Shown one piece after another: positions 47,990 through 59,480 of a DNA stretch of 64,000 nucleotides. The position numbers and the translations under genes were made by a program. A model generated the notes under the pieces. It had not been told where the DNA came from and did no database searches. It saw only the letters and a program-made list of their open reading frames with translations. The number at the start of each line of letters is the position of its first letter. The first letter of the stretch is position 1. This DNA comes from Neoechinorhynchus agilis (Eukaryota > Animalia > Acanthocephala), in assembly GCA_051530055.1 (NCBI GenBank), contig CM121342.1, positions 15,887,480 to 15,951,479 on the forward strand. Reading direction: 5' to 3'.

Positions 47990-48153
47990 TGTGGTAAAGA
48001 TAATCCCGGCGTAAAATCATTTTATTGTACTGAAATATTTCGCGAGGAAACCTCGCCTTATCAATCATTATTTGCAAGTGTAAGGCGAGGTTTCCTCTTT
48101 CGAAATATTTCAGTATAATAAAATAATTTTTAACCGGGATTGTCTTCACCACA
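47990..48153. mobile_element. Palindromic solo pseudo-LTR related to the PLE at 1530-2280
   Basis: Inverted arms of about 70 bp (47990-48060/48081-48153). The tail ttaaccgggattgtcttcaccaca is homologous to ttacccggagtattttcaccaca after the 1589-1625 motif. Confidence 0.75.
48031..48067 (-). ncRNA. Minimal hammerhead ribozyme, U3-A8 variant
   Basis: TGA TTGATAA G GCGAGG-TTT-CCTCGC GAAA TAT T TCA; all helices pair. Confidence 0.75.
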
Positions 48154-48301
48154 TGTCAAAATTTACCATCCCGTGAACTTTCTCGATATGATAAATGAAA
48201 TCAGTTTTGAATTTCACAGACTATAGCTGCAGTGTATAACTGGGAGCCTTCCATTCTCTCCCGTTTTTCGAACCTATACCATAGATCTTCCTTCGTTGTA
48301 A

Positions 48302-48996
48302 ATGGGATCATCTAAGAGCAAAAATGATCCACGTGTCCTCACCCAGGATACAGTTCAACTTCTCGAAGCCCGAACTAAGCTGACGAGAGAAGAGGTGAGA
48401 ATACACTTTCTTGAAAATTTAAGAAAAGTGCATTAATTCGTCTTTCTAGATCGAAGAAATCCATCGGAATTTTATTAACAAGTACCCTAAAGGAAAATTA
48501 AATGAACGGGAATTTAAAAGGGATCTAAAACAGTGTTTGCCTCCTTATAGCAAATATGAGAAATTCAGTGAAATTGCTTTTAAAGCATTCGATTCAGACA
48601 ATAGCGGCACTATACATGAGGTTCAGTTGGATGTTTTGTAACTTGTAGGCTGAGACGAAATTCCAATTGAATCCAATAGACTTCTTCGAGTACGCAACAA
48701 TTAATGCCATCATGAGCACGGGGACAACTGCGCAGAAGTTGTCGGCTGCATTTGATATTATGGATACTGATAAAAACGGACTAATTGATCTAAACGAAAT
48801 GGCACACCTTTTTTTAGCATTGTATGACCTCGAAGGCGTCGAAGATCGAGAAGGCGAAAATGATCCTAGAACGAGGGCTCAGAAAATTATCGAAAGGATT
48901 GACAAGACTAAAACTAATCAATTGTCCAAGGCCGATTTTGTCCAATCATGTTTGGCCGATGAAAACCTTCAGACTATCTTCCTGCCGAAACAGTGA
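48302..48996 (+). CDS. Neuronal calcium sensor (recoverin/hippocalcin/NCS family) EF-hand protein
   Basis: Myristoylation motif MGSSKSK, LEARTKLTREE|IEEIHRNFINKYPKGKL, FKAFDSDNSGTI, KLSAAFDIMDTDKNGLIDLNEM and a C-terminal EF4; two introns. Confidence 0.92.
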
Positions 48997-49543
48997 CTGG
49001 TATTTGCAGAGCATAAAACATTTATAAGATAAGCAGCTCGAATTTGACGTGGAAATATCTAAAAAACTAAATCTGTCCTACTTATATATACATCATAACT
49101 CTCATCCATGGGATAGTGCTGACCAACACGCCTTCAATGCGGTTTTGGTTGAGATCTTCGACAGCAGAGGAAAGCAACGGAAGTTTAATTAAATCTTTTG
49201 AACGGTTTTCTAACGACGCCCATTACAAATGGTCACATTTTTAAATCTCTCACTTATAGCTTCATCAGCATAGTATCATCGTCGTAAAGAAAAAATTGCT
49301 CAACATTCCAAAAATATAATTTAAAGGGAAAAGACCAGGGCTCCCATCATTTTTAATAATTAAGGAACTGTTTTCTGTGTTGCTTTATGATAACTTTGGA
49401 TTAAACTGGTTGCATCTATAAAACGAAAAGTCACCGGGCAAGTTCTTAAGTTCTGATAGATTTTGCTCTATCTCGTTAGGGTAATTAATTCCCTCCCTGA
49501 CACCAGTTAGATAATTAGTAATTATCAATCAAACTCGTAAATA

Positions 49544-51745
49544 TCACATAGACCACAACCTGAGTATTTCCTTCCGTTTTTCGTCTGAGATATTGAGAGG
49601 CATTTTTCTAAGTCGCTGGAATAAAAGTCGTTTAGTGGGCGATGCGTGTTCCTCGTGTCTCGTCTTCTTTTCAAAGCAAACACTAGTCTCCTGCTTCCTC
49701 AAAGGAACTAATGGTTCGTCTCTGGACTGGAAGCAATTCCAGAATTTGAGACGCTGGTCGCCACCGACAGTCGCCACGGACTGTCTGTCTGGTGAAATTG
49801 CCATTGTCAGAATCCGACCCATGTGACCTTCCAAAGTTGCGACCTTCCTAAGGCGACTTTCGTCTGGACCTTTACGTTCATACCGCCAGACGTACATGTC
49901 ATTGCTCGAAAATCCATGCGAAGTGATTAATTCCATGTAATGATAAGAAAACTCAATTCCACTAATCTGACTTCGAGTGTTCACCTGAAACACTTGACGC
50001 TCCGAACTCACGTTCGTCAGCACTAATCTTTTGTCAGCGCTACCACCACCAGTCATCAGATAATTGTATCGCCATGGGCACCAGGAAATAGCTTTTACGG
50101 CTGCTCTATGCGCTCTTATGGTCAAAAGTGCTCTTGGCCGAACTTGATTAAAATTAGAGGAAGCCGAAGTCAAATCCTTGCAAAGATATCGTACATCCCA
50201 AACACGAACGATGTTTTCGTTACCTCCTGAAGCCAAAAATCGATTGCAGTGAGACCACCGAGCGTTACAAATGATCTGAGAGTGAGCGTTTGGAATCTGA
50301 CCAAAGCAGTGATTCGACAATCGTACGTCATGGAACTGGATGCAACCATTCGAATTTCCAGTCACCAGGACATTCTGGTTCCAATCCAATGCACAAACCT
50401 TATACTCGATGTTCGTGAGAAACGTTCGCAGAAGGGAATAATCACACACGTCGTAGATATGAACGATGCCATTTAACACCGAAACCGCGGATAGATCGCC
50501 ATCACGGTTAAATCGAAACGAAGTAATGGTTGAAAGAGCATCTCTTGATGTGAGTTTATGAACCTCGCCCGATTCCACTTGATATAGAAACACACTTGGA
50601 CCTAGGGCGAGACCTATGTAATTTTTATGAGACCAATCGAGAGCGTTCATGTAAAAGTCTTCTACGATTCCTGGAGCGTCCAGGATTCGACTGGGCAATT
50701 GTGGAACTCTACGGTAGTGTCCGTCCAACATGCTCTGCATGAGATACTCGTCAGGAACCTTGAACGTGTCACACTTTGGTGCATTGGATGTAATCGACTC
50801 TTTAGGAATTCTTCTTTTTGTTAGAACCACGGATATTTATCACCTTAAGCTACCCAAGACAAAAAAAATCACAAGAAATATGATTGCGGTTGGTTTTAAA
50901 GAACTGGACTCCTTAAAATTCAAAGTGATTTAAATAAATACGTCAGCTTCATCGTAGATTTGATGACCATAAGCAATCGAAAAACAAGTTTACGTTTTCA
51001 TTATGAAAGTTTCGCAAGCGATTTATTGTTCATGGCCATCTTAACTTCGATGATGAAGATGTGTTTGTCTTAGTGTGACCTATAATTTAAAAGCATTAAA
51101 AATTTGCCGTAGAAGTCGAAGGCTCATAGAAATTAGATGTAACGAATTCAATAATTTTGCTGAATTAGGCCAGGGTTATATCAAAACTAGGAAAAACATT
51201 CATGTCCTTTCTATCAAGGAACATAATCCGTAATTATTTACTGCGTCATGTTCAAAAATTAGAATGGGTCCTCGTTGTTGAAGCCGTCTTAAATGCCTTT
51301 TTTGTTCATTCCTATGTCGTATTTCGGCAGCTCTTCTTTTGGCTAAAATATATTGCGTATGAAGAATTCCTCCCGGTTCAATGGCAGAAGCCTGTGACAT
51401 TGCATGCAGTGCAACCGATTCATCAATACTTTCCGGTTCAGTGTTGGTGGACAGATCTTGTGCTTGCAGAATCATGTATCCGCGTTCAAAATCCATTTTT
51501 TCTCGATTTGGAATAAATCGATGAGAAATAAAGGAAGCTTGCATTCTGCGATCATTCTTATAGCGATCCAAGTTTACGTGAAGAGGTGCACCGATTTTGT
51601 CCGGAATCTCGTTTATGTTTGGTTGAGATGCTATTAAGCGCGTATTCTCGATTTTATCAATCGCAATTGTTGTCAACGATAAACTGCGATCAGGAATGCT
51701 AATTTCGTTCAACTCTTCAAGCAAAGATTTTGAGTTAAAGCTCAT
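49544..51745 (-). CDS. CDC20: APC/C coactivator Cdc20/fizzy family, multi-exon
   Basis: C-box HRFIPNR in the 51200-51883 ORF, RRVPQLPSRILDAPGIVEDFYMNALDWS, and WD40 repeats (LASGGNEN, HRAAVKAISWCPW, GGGSAD, ELITSHGF, GHMGRIL..SPD). The start codon is uncertain (ATG 51745 or further upstream). Confidence 0.92.
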
Positions 51746-52710
51746 TGATGCTCTCGCTGACGATACTCGTCCATGGAGTTTCCGCTCTTTGTACTTGTCA
51801 ATGTTTATAACGAAGCTAAGTGCTGTATTCCTGCATTTTAAAAATTGCAATAATAACCAATCCTCAAATGTTCTTTTGACCAAATGACTTCAAAATGAGA
51901 ATAAATATTTGAGGGGAGAACGCAAGAGTCCGAAGGATGATGACATGTCATAGATATTTGGCCTATAAAATTTAGACTGCTTTCTAAAACAAGATTATAG
52001 AAACGATCTTTACAAATTTCGGAAAGTCAATGTTCCGCTTTGGTAAAGACTAATTCGCAAAATTACAAAAATGTTCAGGAACAGTTTGTTTTTAAATTAA
52101 TAAGATAAAAAAAATTTAGACGAACACTAAATGCATCATTTGTGAAATTTTAAAAATATAAATTTTGCAAAATAAAAATCCAGTATGAAAATATCTATAC
52201 AAGCTTTATGTTTGAGTATTCTGAAACATCACTGACCATCCGACTCGATCAGCAATTGGATTTACAGTGAATGATTTGCAGGAATACAGATTTATCGTTC
52301 AGCGATTCCTTATTCAATGACTGTCCCATTTTAAGATTAACTGAAGCACTCCTTTCGATCTTACATTTGCTCGTGCTAATTGTCATCACACTGAAAATAC
52401 AAATTCTTGATTGGTGATGAATATCGAAACTTCTTTTTGTTGGTTTTTATTGATTACTTATTGACCAATGGATTCTTTCGCTCCTTTTACCCAAAACATG
52501 CACGCAAGATTATTAAAGAATTGTAAAACGAGATATTCCTTTTTTTTGAGGATAAAAGCGTACTCGTTTTGTGCTTTTCTGTGACTAAAATATTGCATAC
52601 CGCTGCCATTTGTGCTTATAAGAAAGTTCTAAAAGCGTCTTATTTCTCGTTTTCTGCGCCGACGAAATTGGATTCTATTTTTATTGTCATCGATAGAAAA
52701 TCCTAAACAA

Positions 52711-52749
52711 TGACTGATGAGGCGAGGTTACCTCCTTCGAAATATCTCA
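52711..52749 (+). ncRNA. Solo minimal hammerhead motif, canonical core
   Basis: TGA CTGATGA G GCGAGG-TTA-CCTCCTTC GAAA TAT C TCA AATAAATCAAA; same family as 1589-1625, helix II bulged. Confidence 0.7.
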
Positions 52750-53130
52750 AATAAATCAAAATCAAATAGGATAAAAGTAAATATTTTTATTGTGTTTGCC
52801 CCTGCCTTTTTTTCGGCATAAAAATTCATGTGTGCTTTGGCGCTTCGTTAAAATTTCGATACCATGCGGATCTCAGACGTTTTTATATTGCATTAGACCA
52901 AAATCCCAACGCTAACTGCACACTTAAACTCGTAAAAACGAGTCTTCAATCGCCGCAATAAGATATCCAGTGATTTTGATCACAACGACGGAAAAAGGGG
53001 AAGAGTTGCGCCGAAAACTCACTTCAAGACTCGCCATCACTAGTGTAAATATGCTCACTCCGTGTGAGATCTAAGTTTCAGATGGTATCGCGCCAAGAGA
53101 CTTAGTCATAGTTACATCTAAACGGAGTAA

Positions 53131-53146
53131 GACTCATCGTGAGTCA
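53131..53146. promoter_or_regulatory. AP-1-like palindrome upstream of GST
   Basis: gactca-tcg-tgagtca contains TGAGTCA about 95 bp before the GST ATG. bZIP sites are common at GST promoters, but the motif is short. Confidence 0.3.
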
Positions 53147-53237
53147 CTAGAGTTCATAAGTACATTTTGAGTACTTCAAAACTCATAGCACTTCACATTT
53201 AAGCAATTTTATCGCTCCTCCGAAATTTTTTAGAAGC

Positions 53238-53915
53238 ATGTCTGCCGCAGTTCTCCACTATTTCGACGGCCGTGGCCGAGCTGAAATCATCCGCCTAACG
53301 ATGGCAGCGTCCGGCATATCATGGACCGAAAAACACATAATCACTGCCGATGACATGGATAACTTAAGAGCATCAGGAAAACTTCTCTTCAATCAAGTTC
53401 CACTTTTAGAGTATGACGGATGCAACTTGGTTCAATCTGATGCCATTGTAAGATGCATCGCAAAGGAGAACAACCTCATTGGCTGCTGTGGTGGTAAGAG
53501 CAAAAATTGCTGTTCAGGTACAACCGTTGATATGTTGTATTGTGGAACTCGTGATTTCCTTGATATGTCATTCCTTTCTTACTTTTTTAAACCATGCCAA
53601 GAAGTTATCGAAGGTGCAAAGACGAAAGCTATTCCGAAATATCTTCCTGTCTACGAAAAAGTCTTGGAAAAATCAAAAAGCGGGTATCTCGTTGGTGACC
53701 AACTGACCATTGCTGATATCGGATTATTTGAAGTTCTTCTTTGGATCAATGAATTATGCCCCAAGGAGTTTGAGAAGTTCCCAGCTGTTCATGCGTTCTA
53801 TAAGAAGATTGCTAACGAAGAACGGTTCGCGAAGTACTTAAAGGGACCACAGCGTCCAAGAGTAAATGATGCGCGGTACGTAAAAGAAGTCAAGCAGAGT
53901 CTTAGATGGGAATAG
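53238..53915 (+). CDS. GST: Glutathione S-transferase, alpha-class-like
   Basis: LHYFDGRGRAEIIRL (catalytic Tyr/Arg), LLFNQVPLLEYDG, LVQSDAI, YLPVYEKVL, YLVGDQLTIADI. Confidence 0.95.
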   Translation: MSAAVLHYFDGRGRAEIIRLTMAASGISWTEKHIITADDMDNLRASGKLLFNQVPLLEYDGCNLVQSDAIVRCIAKENNLIGCCGGKSKNCCSGTTVDMLYCGTRDFLDMSFLSYFFKPCQEVIEGAKTKAIPKYLPVYEKVLEKSKSGYLVGDQLTIADIGLFEVLLWINELCPKEFEKFPAVHAFYKKIANEERFAKYLKGPQRPRVNDARYVKEVKQSLRWE

Positions 53916-54152
53916 ACTAATACAATTGAGAAAATGCGTACGTTGTGGCTTTAAAATAATAAATCCTTTTAATTGAGTGTATTAAATGGACTTTAAATCT
54001 CGAGCAGCGATTCGCAGGAAGATTTATATGCAGTAACCTAAAGGCTGGAATTAATTTGGTCTTTACGAAAATCACTTAATCATCCGCGAAATGCCAGGTT
54101 ACCATGACTACAAATTTATCAAGTGAATTCGCCTTTCTTTTCCTGGCGTAAA

Positions 54153-54320
54153 ATGCCTTCAGATAACAGTCAAATGATCATGGTCGTGATTGCATTATAC
54201 ATTGGTGCTCTCTTGATCTCCCTATTGTTTGGTTGTATTATTGCAAATATTGTCCAATTTGTGCATTTAAAAAGACTTAGACGTTTCAGTCAGGAGGACG
54301 AAACTTATTTCGATCCATGA
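54153..54320 (+). CDS. Putative single-pass membrane microprotein (55 aa)
   Basis: MPSDNSQ followed by the hydrophobic MIMVVIALYIGALLISLLFGCIIANIVQFV and a basic stop-transfer HLKRLRRF; AATAAA about 37 nt downstream. Confidence 0.35.
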   Translation: MPSDNSQMIMVVIALYIGALLISLLFGCIIANIVQFVHLKRLRRFSQEDETYFDP

Positions 54321-57194
54321 TAATTACTATAAAAAGGATTGTGCATACTTTGTGATTAATAAAAGTGAAAAACTCGCTTTTTGCTAGTCACTTATTTAAA
54401 TACGATTAATCTTATTTGAGAAGTGGTGTCCATTTTAAGTCATTTGGATGAATGCGCAAACAAACGCAGGTAGATTGCTGCGAAGTTGTAAAGCTGCGAA
54501 ATCTGCTGAGAAAACTCAGTTAAAATCAACAGTGTTTAGGACATTCACAAATCCATTGAGAAGATTTCAGACCATTTGAATTATGAAAGGTGAATTGTTG
54601 TTTCGATTCTGATGGACTACAACCAATATTTTAATTTTCCGTCCGTTTCCTAAGCTTCGAAAACAAACATTCGATAGACTTTAGACTACGACGGACGATG
54701 AAAGAGACTTAAATATTGCTAAAAGTGATTCTATACAGCATATTTTAGACCATTTCAGAGGATTTCCTCGTATATGCGGTTGGAAATTAAAGGCAAATCA
54801 TCGCAGTAGATCCGGTTTCTACCTTTTACAAAAACACTAGAAATAGTTCATGCTCCAAATTTTGTGGTAATATCTGTATTAATTAGCGGAAATCGGTTAC
54901 ACTGAGTGATATTTAACTCCAATAAAATACGTCTTATCTGGGATTATGATCACCACATCTAAGCTTTTAACTCTTATTCAAGCTTGTCGTCCGTTTCTAT
55001 TGTTTCTATGGGTAAAAATTGAATTTCACTTTCTTTTGAACTATATGGATTTTCATTTTTTCTTATTAATTTGTCAAGGTTGGATTCTGATGCAGTTTAA
55101 TATCTGCAACTCCAAGCGACCAGATTTAGGATCACGGTTATCCAAATTGCCACTGATGGAACGAGAAAGCTTATTGATTGTATTCACCTGCATCGGACGT
55201 CTAGACAGGTTTCCAGTCGTTTCGGACATTCCTGTAAGAGATATAAGAATACCAGAATTGGACGTCTTTAAGATAGGAGCTATGGCTTCTGTGTAGTTGG
55301 TTGAAGATGGGGTCTCTGTTTATAAAAGTATCTCTTCATTTAAATACAACGATGCCTAAAATCGAAAATTAACAAAGAAATCTAGTTCAAAAAACGGTGC
55401 GTTTGTTGCAAAATTCAGAGTCCCAGATTTTCCAATCATACAGACCGTTCGCATTGGCAAAGGTATACAGAATAAACTCCTATCTTAATTCCGGGCGTGT
55501 CAGAAATTCTTTCATTTAGTCATGGTAGAATGAATTTGTTTAGAAATTGAGGAGGCATCATACAGTTGAAAGTCACAAATCTATTGGTCCATACAACAAT
55601 AAAGACGGGAAATTGAAGGCAATTGCAATCGAAAAACCTCCAGAATATTACAATAAAACACATTTCGTTTAGACGTCTAATTTTGACAATAAAAAAACTG
55701 ACAAGTTTCGGCAAAAGCATTAAATAACAAATTCTTTGCGGTCTGTTAGTTTCTGAAGCAAAGGTAAATTTGCCTCCCTGGATGATTGACAGAGATTCTC
55801 ATAGCGACAATATAGACTCGAACAAAATCATGATTTTCTGAGCTGAGCACAACCCAATTAATCACAGTCGAACGACTTTTGCATTGAGCGTGATTTAAAC
55901 GCTTCCAACATTACTTTCTGCAAAACAGTATTTCATTGACAAGCAGCATCTGAATGGCCAAAGAATTTCAAAGAACTCTTACATAATTAATCTGATAAAT
56001 TTCTGGTTAAACTGACAAAAACGCTTCCATGTATAAAGATTATGTTCCAAAACCGCAATGAGTTCGTTAAATAAAGTTGATCGTTTAAAACTTTAAGGCG
56101 TGTTAAAAGTGGGTATTTTCGCCTGTTTAACAATAAAATTGACTCGATTTGAACGTCCTCTGACTAAACATAATTTTTTCTCTAAACCAATTTTTTTAGA
56201 CCACCTAGCTATAAAACAATTTTGTGTATACTAATTTAGAAAAGATCACTTGTATGTGTTTGGGGAAAAATAATAAGACACAAGAGGTGCATATTAGCAC
56301 AGCGGTATCCTTCACTTAAAAGATTATTTCATGGATATCGATCGAATAAATATTGATTGATTAGTAATGATCAAAAGCGCCGTTCATTCACTAGGGTGTA
56401 ATTATAGCACGCGGGTGCTGGTTCCACCCCGTTCGATTGGCGTGCGTGACGCGCAATGAGTGAGCGTCGGGGCAGGGGGGGGGCTGTCGTGATTGTCCGC
56501 AACGTCGTTCGTTGATGGAAAGACAGCGTCTAAGACCCTCCGGACTCGTCTCGCTCGTCTCCACGATGGAGGCTGTCCATTAAGTGCGCGTGTGGGATTC
56601 GGCGCCTGCTAGCCGGCATCACCGCCGCCGCCGCCACCGCCGCCACCACCACCACACTGTACACGCGCAGCAGCACACACATATGGTCTGCATTTCGCTC
56701 TGCTCCGAGCAGCCATAATTATTAGATGTGGAGTTATACCGCTTCAGCAGCACCGACGGGTGTGCTACCGTCCTACGCGAATGGCGCGCGGTATCCTGCC
56801 AGCGGTGGCAGTGTCGCCAACGGTGAAGAGACGACTGTTGAGGGTCCCCGCCGCCGCCGACTATACAAACACGTTCGCCGTCGTCCACCACTACCACCAC
56901 CGTCAATGCCTCTCCTTCCCATGCGCACACTCTTATCCGGACGAACTGATCCAGAATTCCAGCGCAGACTTGGCACCACCTTACCCACCTACAAAACCCA
57001 CATCTGTTTCAATACCACCAGGAGAGAGAGAGCTAAATTTACGATCTGGCAGTTGGTGCCGGTTCTTCTATACACGTTCCACATACGTGTCCGGATTTAC
57101 CCATCCTTTTCCAGCAAGTGTTTATAAACGCTCATCAATCTCGCTCCGGCGGACACGTTTCCTCCATTGAGTGCGTGAATTCTCACAGAAAAGT

Positions 57195-57299
57195 AGCCAA
57201 TTAGATTTCAGGATCAAATTGATTTTTGTACATACGCGCACCAGCCAATAGGATTTTAGATTGAGCCCATATGTTCTTCTAATCGCATTCTTATTGGCT
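57195..57299. promoter_or_regulatory. Three CCAAT (NF-Y-type) boxes at 48-bp spacing
   Basis: AGCCAAT at 57195 and 57243 and reverse ATTGGCT at 57293; CCAAT cores start at 57197, 57245 and 57293. They lie upstream of the zinc-finger gene. Confidence 0.5.
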
Positions 57300-57735
57300 G
57301 ACGGCTCATTTGATACCCATGGACTTATCTTGAGAGCACGTTGTCATTCCGGCTCGTCACTCCGTTAGCCTTGTGCATGTGCAAGAAGCGGCGAATGTAC
57401 CGCGTGTTGAGGTGTTCTACCACCACCACCACCACCGCCGCCGCCGTACGCCTATATACACTTTTTGTTCTTCTCCTTTCCCTTCCCCCCTCCTGTACAT
57501 ATGCACATCCCCTCCACCACGACTCCGCAACTCCGCTCGCCCCGCTGTCTTCTTTATACTCTACCCGTCCCTTCCTCCTCCTCCTACACACATATAGTCA
57601 ACCATGCGAACCTCATGTATGTGCTTTTTCCTCTCCATCGTGCTCCTTAGTTCTCGCTCTCATCAGGGGTGACAGGACGGGGTAAAAGGTGAAACCACAC
57701 ACACTGATGTTCTTCACCCGCTTCAGACTCTGACC

Positions 57736-59480
57736 ATGTACAACGGCGCTGCTTCTGTCGCTGATAAACTCATGACTGACAGAATCTCCGACAAACTTGA
57801 GTGTACCTGCGGAAAAGTCTTCAATATCACTATCACGGTCTCGGACGGTCATCACCACAACGGCCAACCAGCATCCAACGAAGACAATGTCTATATGAAA
57901 CGAGGACGAAAATCCATCCCGCCAAGAAAACTCGTCCGGTCAAACCATTCACTTGCTATATCTCCGCCTGTGGTGGCTGAATCACCCCCTGCCGCCATTG
58001 TCACCGCTCCAGCACTACCGCACACACCACTGCAACAATCAACTACAACAGCCGCGGGAGCTGCCTGCTTACATCCCCTCAACTTCGCGAGGATCCTCGA
58101 CCCTGTGAGGTATGGAGAATGCTGCCGTACATTGTTTCAAAGTGTTGGCTCCTTTGCTTTTGGAAGTCTCAATGGAGCAGTGCATGGGGTTCACTCAAAT
58201 TCTGACCATGGAAGTCCTTCTCCGAACACTTCCATTCCTGATATCATGGATGCTCCAAGAAGAGAAAACATCAACAATTTATTATTGGCTCTCGGAAGCA
58301 CCGCAACAGACGTAAGAACCAACTTCTTCAATGTACTCGCTGTCAATCCGACACGTAAGTATAATATAACCAAAAAATATCCTCTCACTGTTGTTTAACA
58401 GAGTCGATACAGTGTCCTTCAATCACGACATTGCCACAAACGCAAAATCTGCAACCTCCACCACCACCGCCCCCACCGACTTTTACGCCTCATACAAGTA
58501 CTGGCACCACGCGATCAGTTATCCAGGTTGAAGCAATCGAAAGCCGCGAAAATATCAGCAAAAATAAAAAACTTACAAAATTCGGACTGCTCAAACTGAG
58601 CGAAGGTGAATCAGATAAAAATTGCTCAACATTGACTAATCATTCTCTCAATCAATCACAAATTCCCAATGATTCCGGAAAAAATGGTGAGGTTCAATTA
58701 GGTCGATAACCGATGCCGCTCTATTTTTCGAGCAACAGAAACGAAAATTTCATGATTCCCCTCGTCAGTTCGAATGAAATTATTTTGTATCTTCAGATAA
58801 TTCCTATTGACTAAATTTTTTAGACCAGTATGAAAATTCCCCAGTTAACTTTTGGACGTTTCTTCTCCAATTGCACAACCCATTATTCCGCATTTTCCTT
58901 TTTTAAATTCGTAAAAATTGCCCTTTTAAAAGTTTTCCGCATTTTCGTTATAAATTCGTAAAAAATGCTTTCTTAAAATTTTCCTTCTAATTTAGCTCAC
59001 GTCGAAGAAGTAATTGACGGCAAGAAAAGATTCAAATGTCCATCATGTTCAAATATATATGCAAACCGCAGCGGTCTAAACCGTCACTATGTCACACACA
59101 GCGTGAACGATGAGTGGAAAAGTAAATGTGCCATTTGTGGCAAGAAATATTCAAGGAAAGACAGTCTAAAACATCATATAAAGACTCAGCATCACATGAA
59201 TAATGATGAAGCTGGTCGTGTCATTTCACGGTCAGACAAGAAACTCATTGCAGCAGCGGCTGCAAAGCAAGGCATTTACTACGACACCTCCAGTACCGCT
59301 GCTTCCAGTGCCATTCTATATGACACCGGTGCAGAAAGTCCAAAGCGTAGGAGGTTGGAGTCGTTCTCGGATATAGATATGAACGATCCAATATGTCAAA
59401 CCGTTGTGCAACTCGTTGGTGAAATGGAAGGAGCAATTGTAAAAGCTTTCGGTGATTTCAATACCGATTCGACGCAATGA
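57736..59480 (+). CDS. C2H2 zinc-finger transcription factor, multi-exon
   Basis: Low-complexity N-terminal exons. The last exon encodes FKCPSCSNIYANRSGLNRHYVTH and KCAICGKKYSRKDSLKHHIKTQH. Introns at about 58356-58399 and 58691-58995. Confidence 0.8.

Noticed and set aside
54946-55720. Short ORFs at 54.9-55.7 kb
   Set aside because: No recognisable homology, and the open frames on the two strands conflict.
56619-57685. Numerous overlapping ORFs on both strands
   Set aside because: Expected in GC-rich low-complexity DNA; the translations are homopolymer-driven.
58742-58772. CTGACGA...GAAA on the minus strand in the zinc-finger intron
   Set aside because: The intervening sequence cannot pair as helix II.
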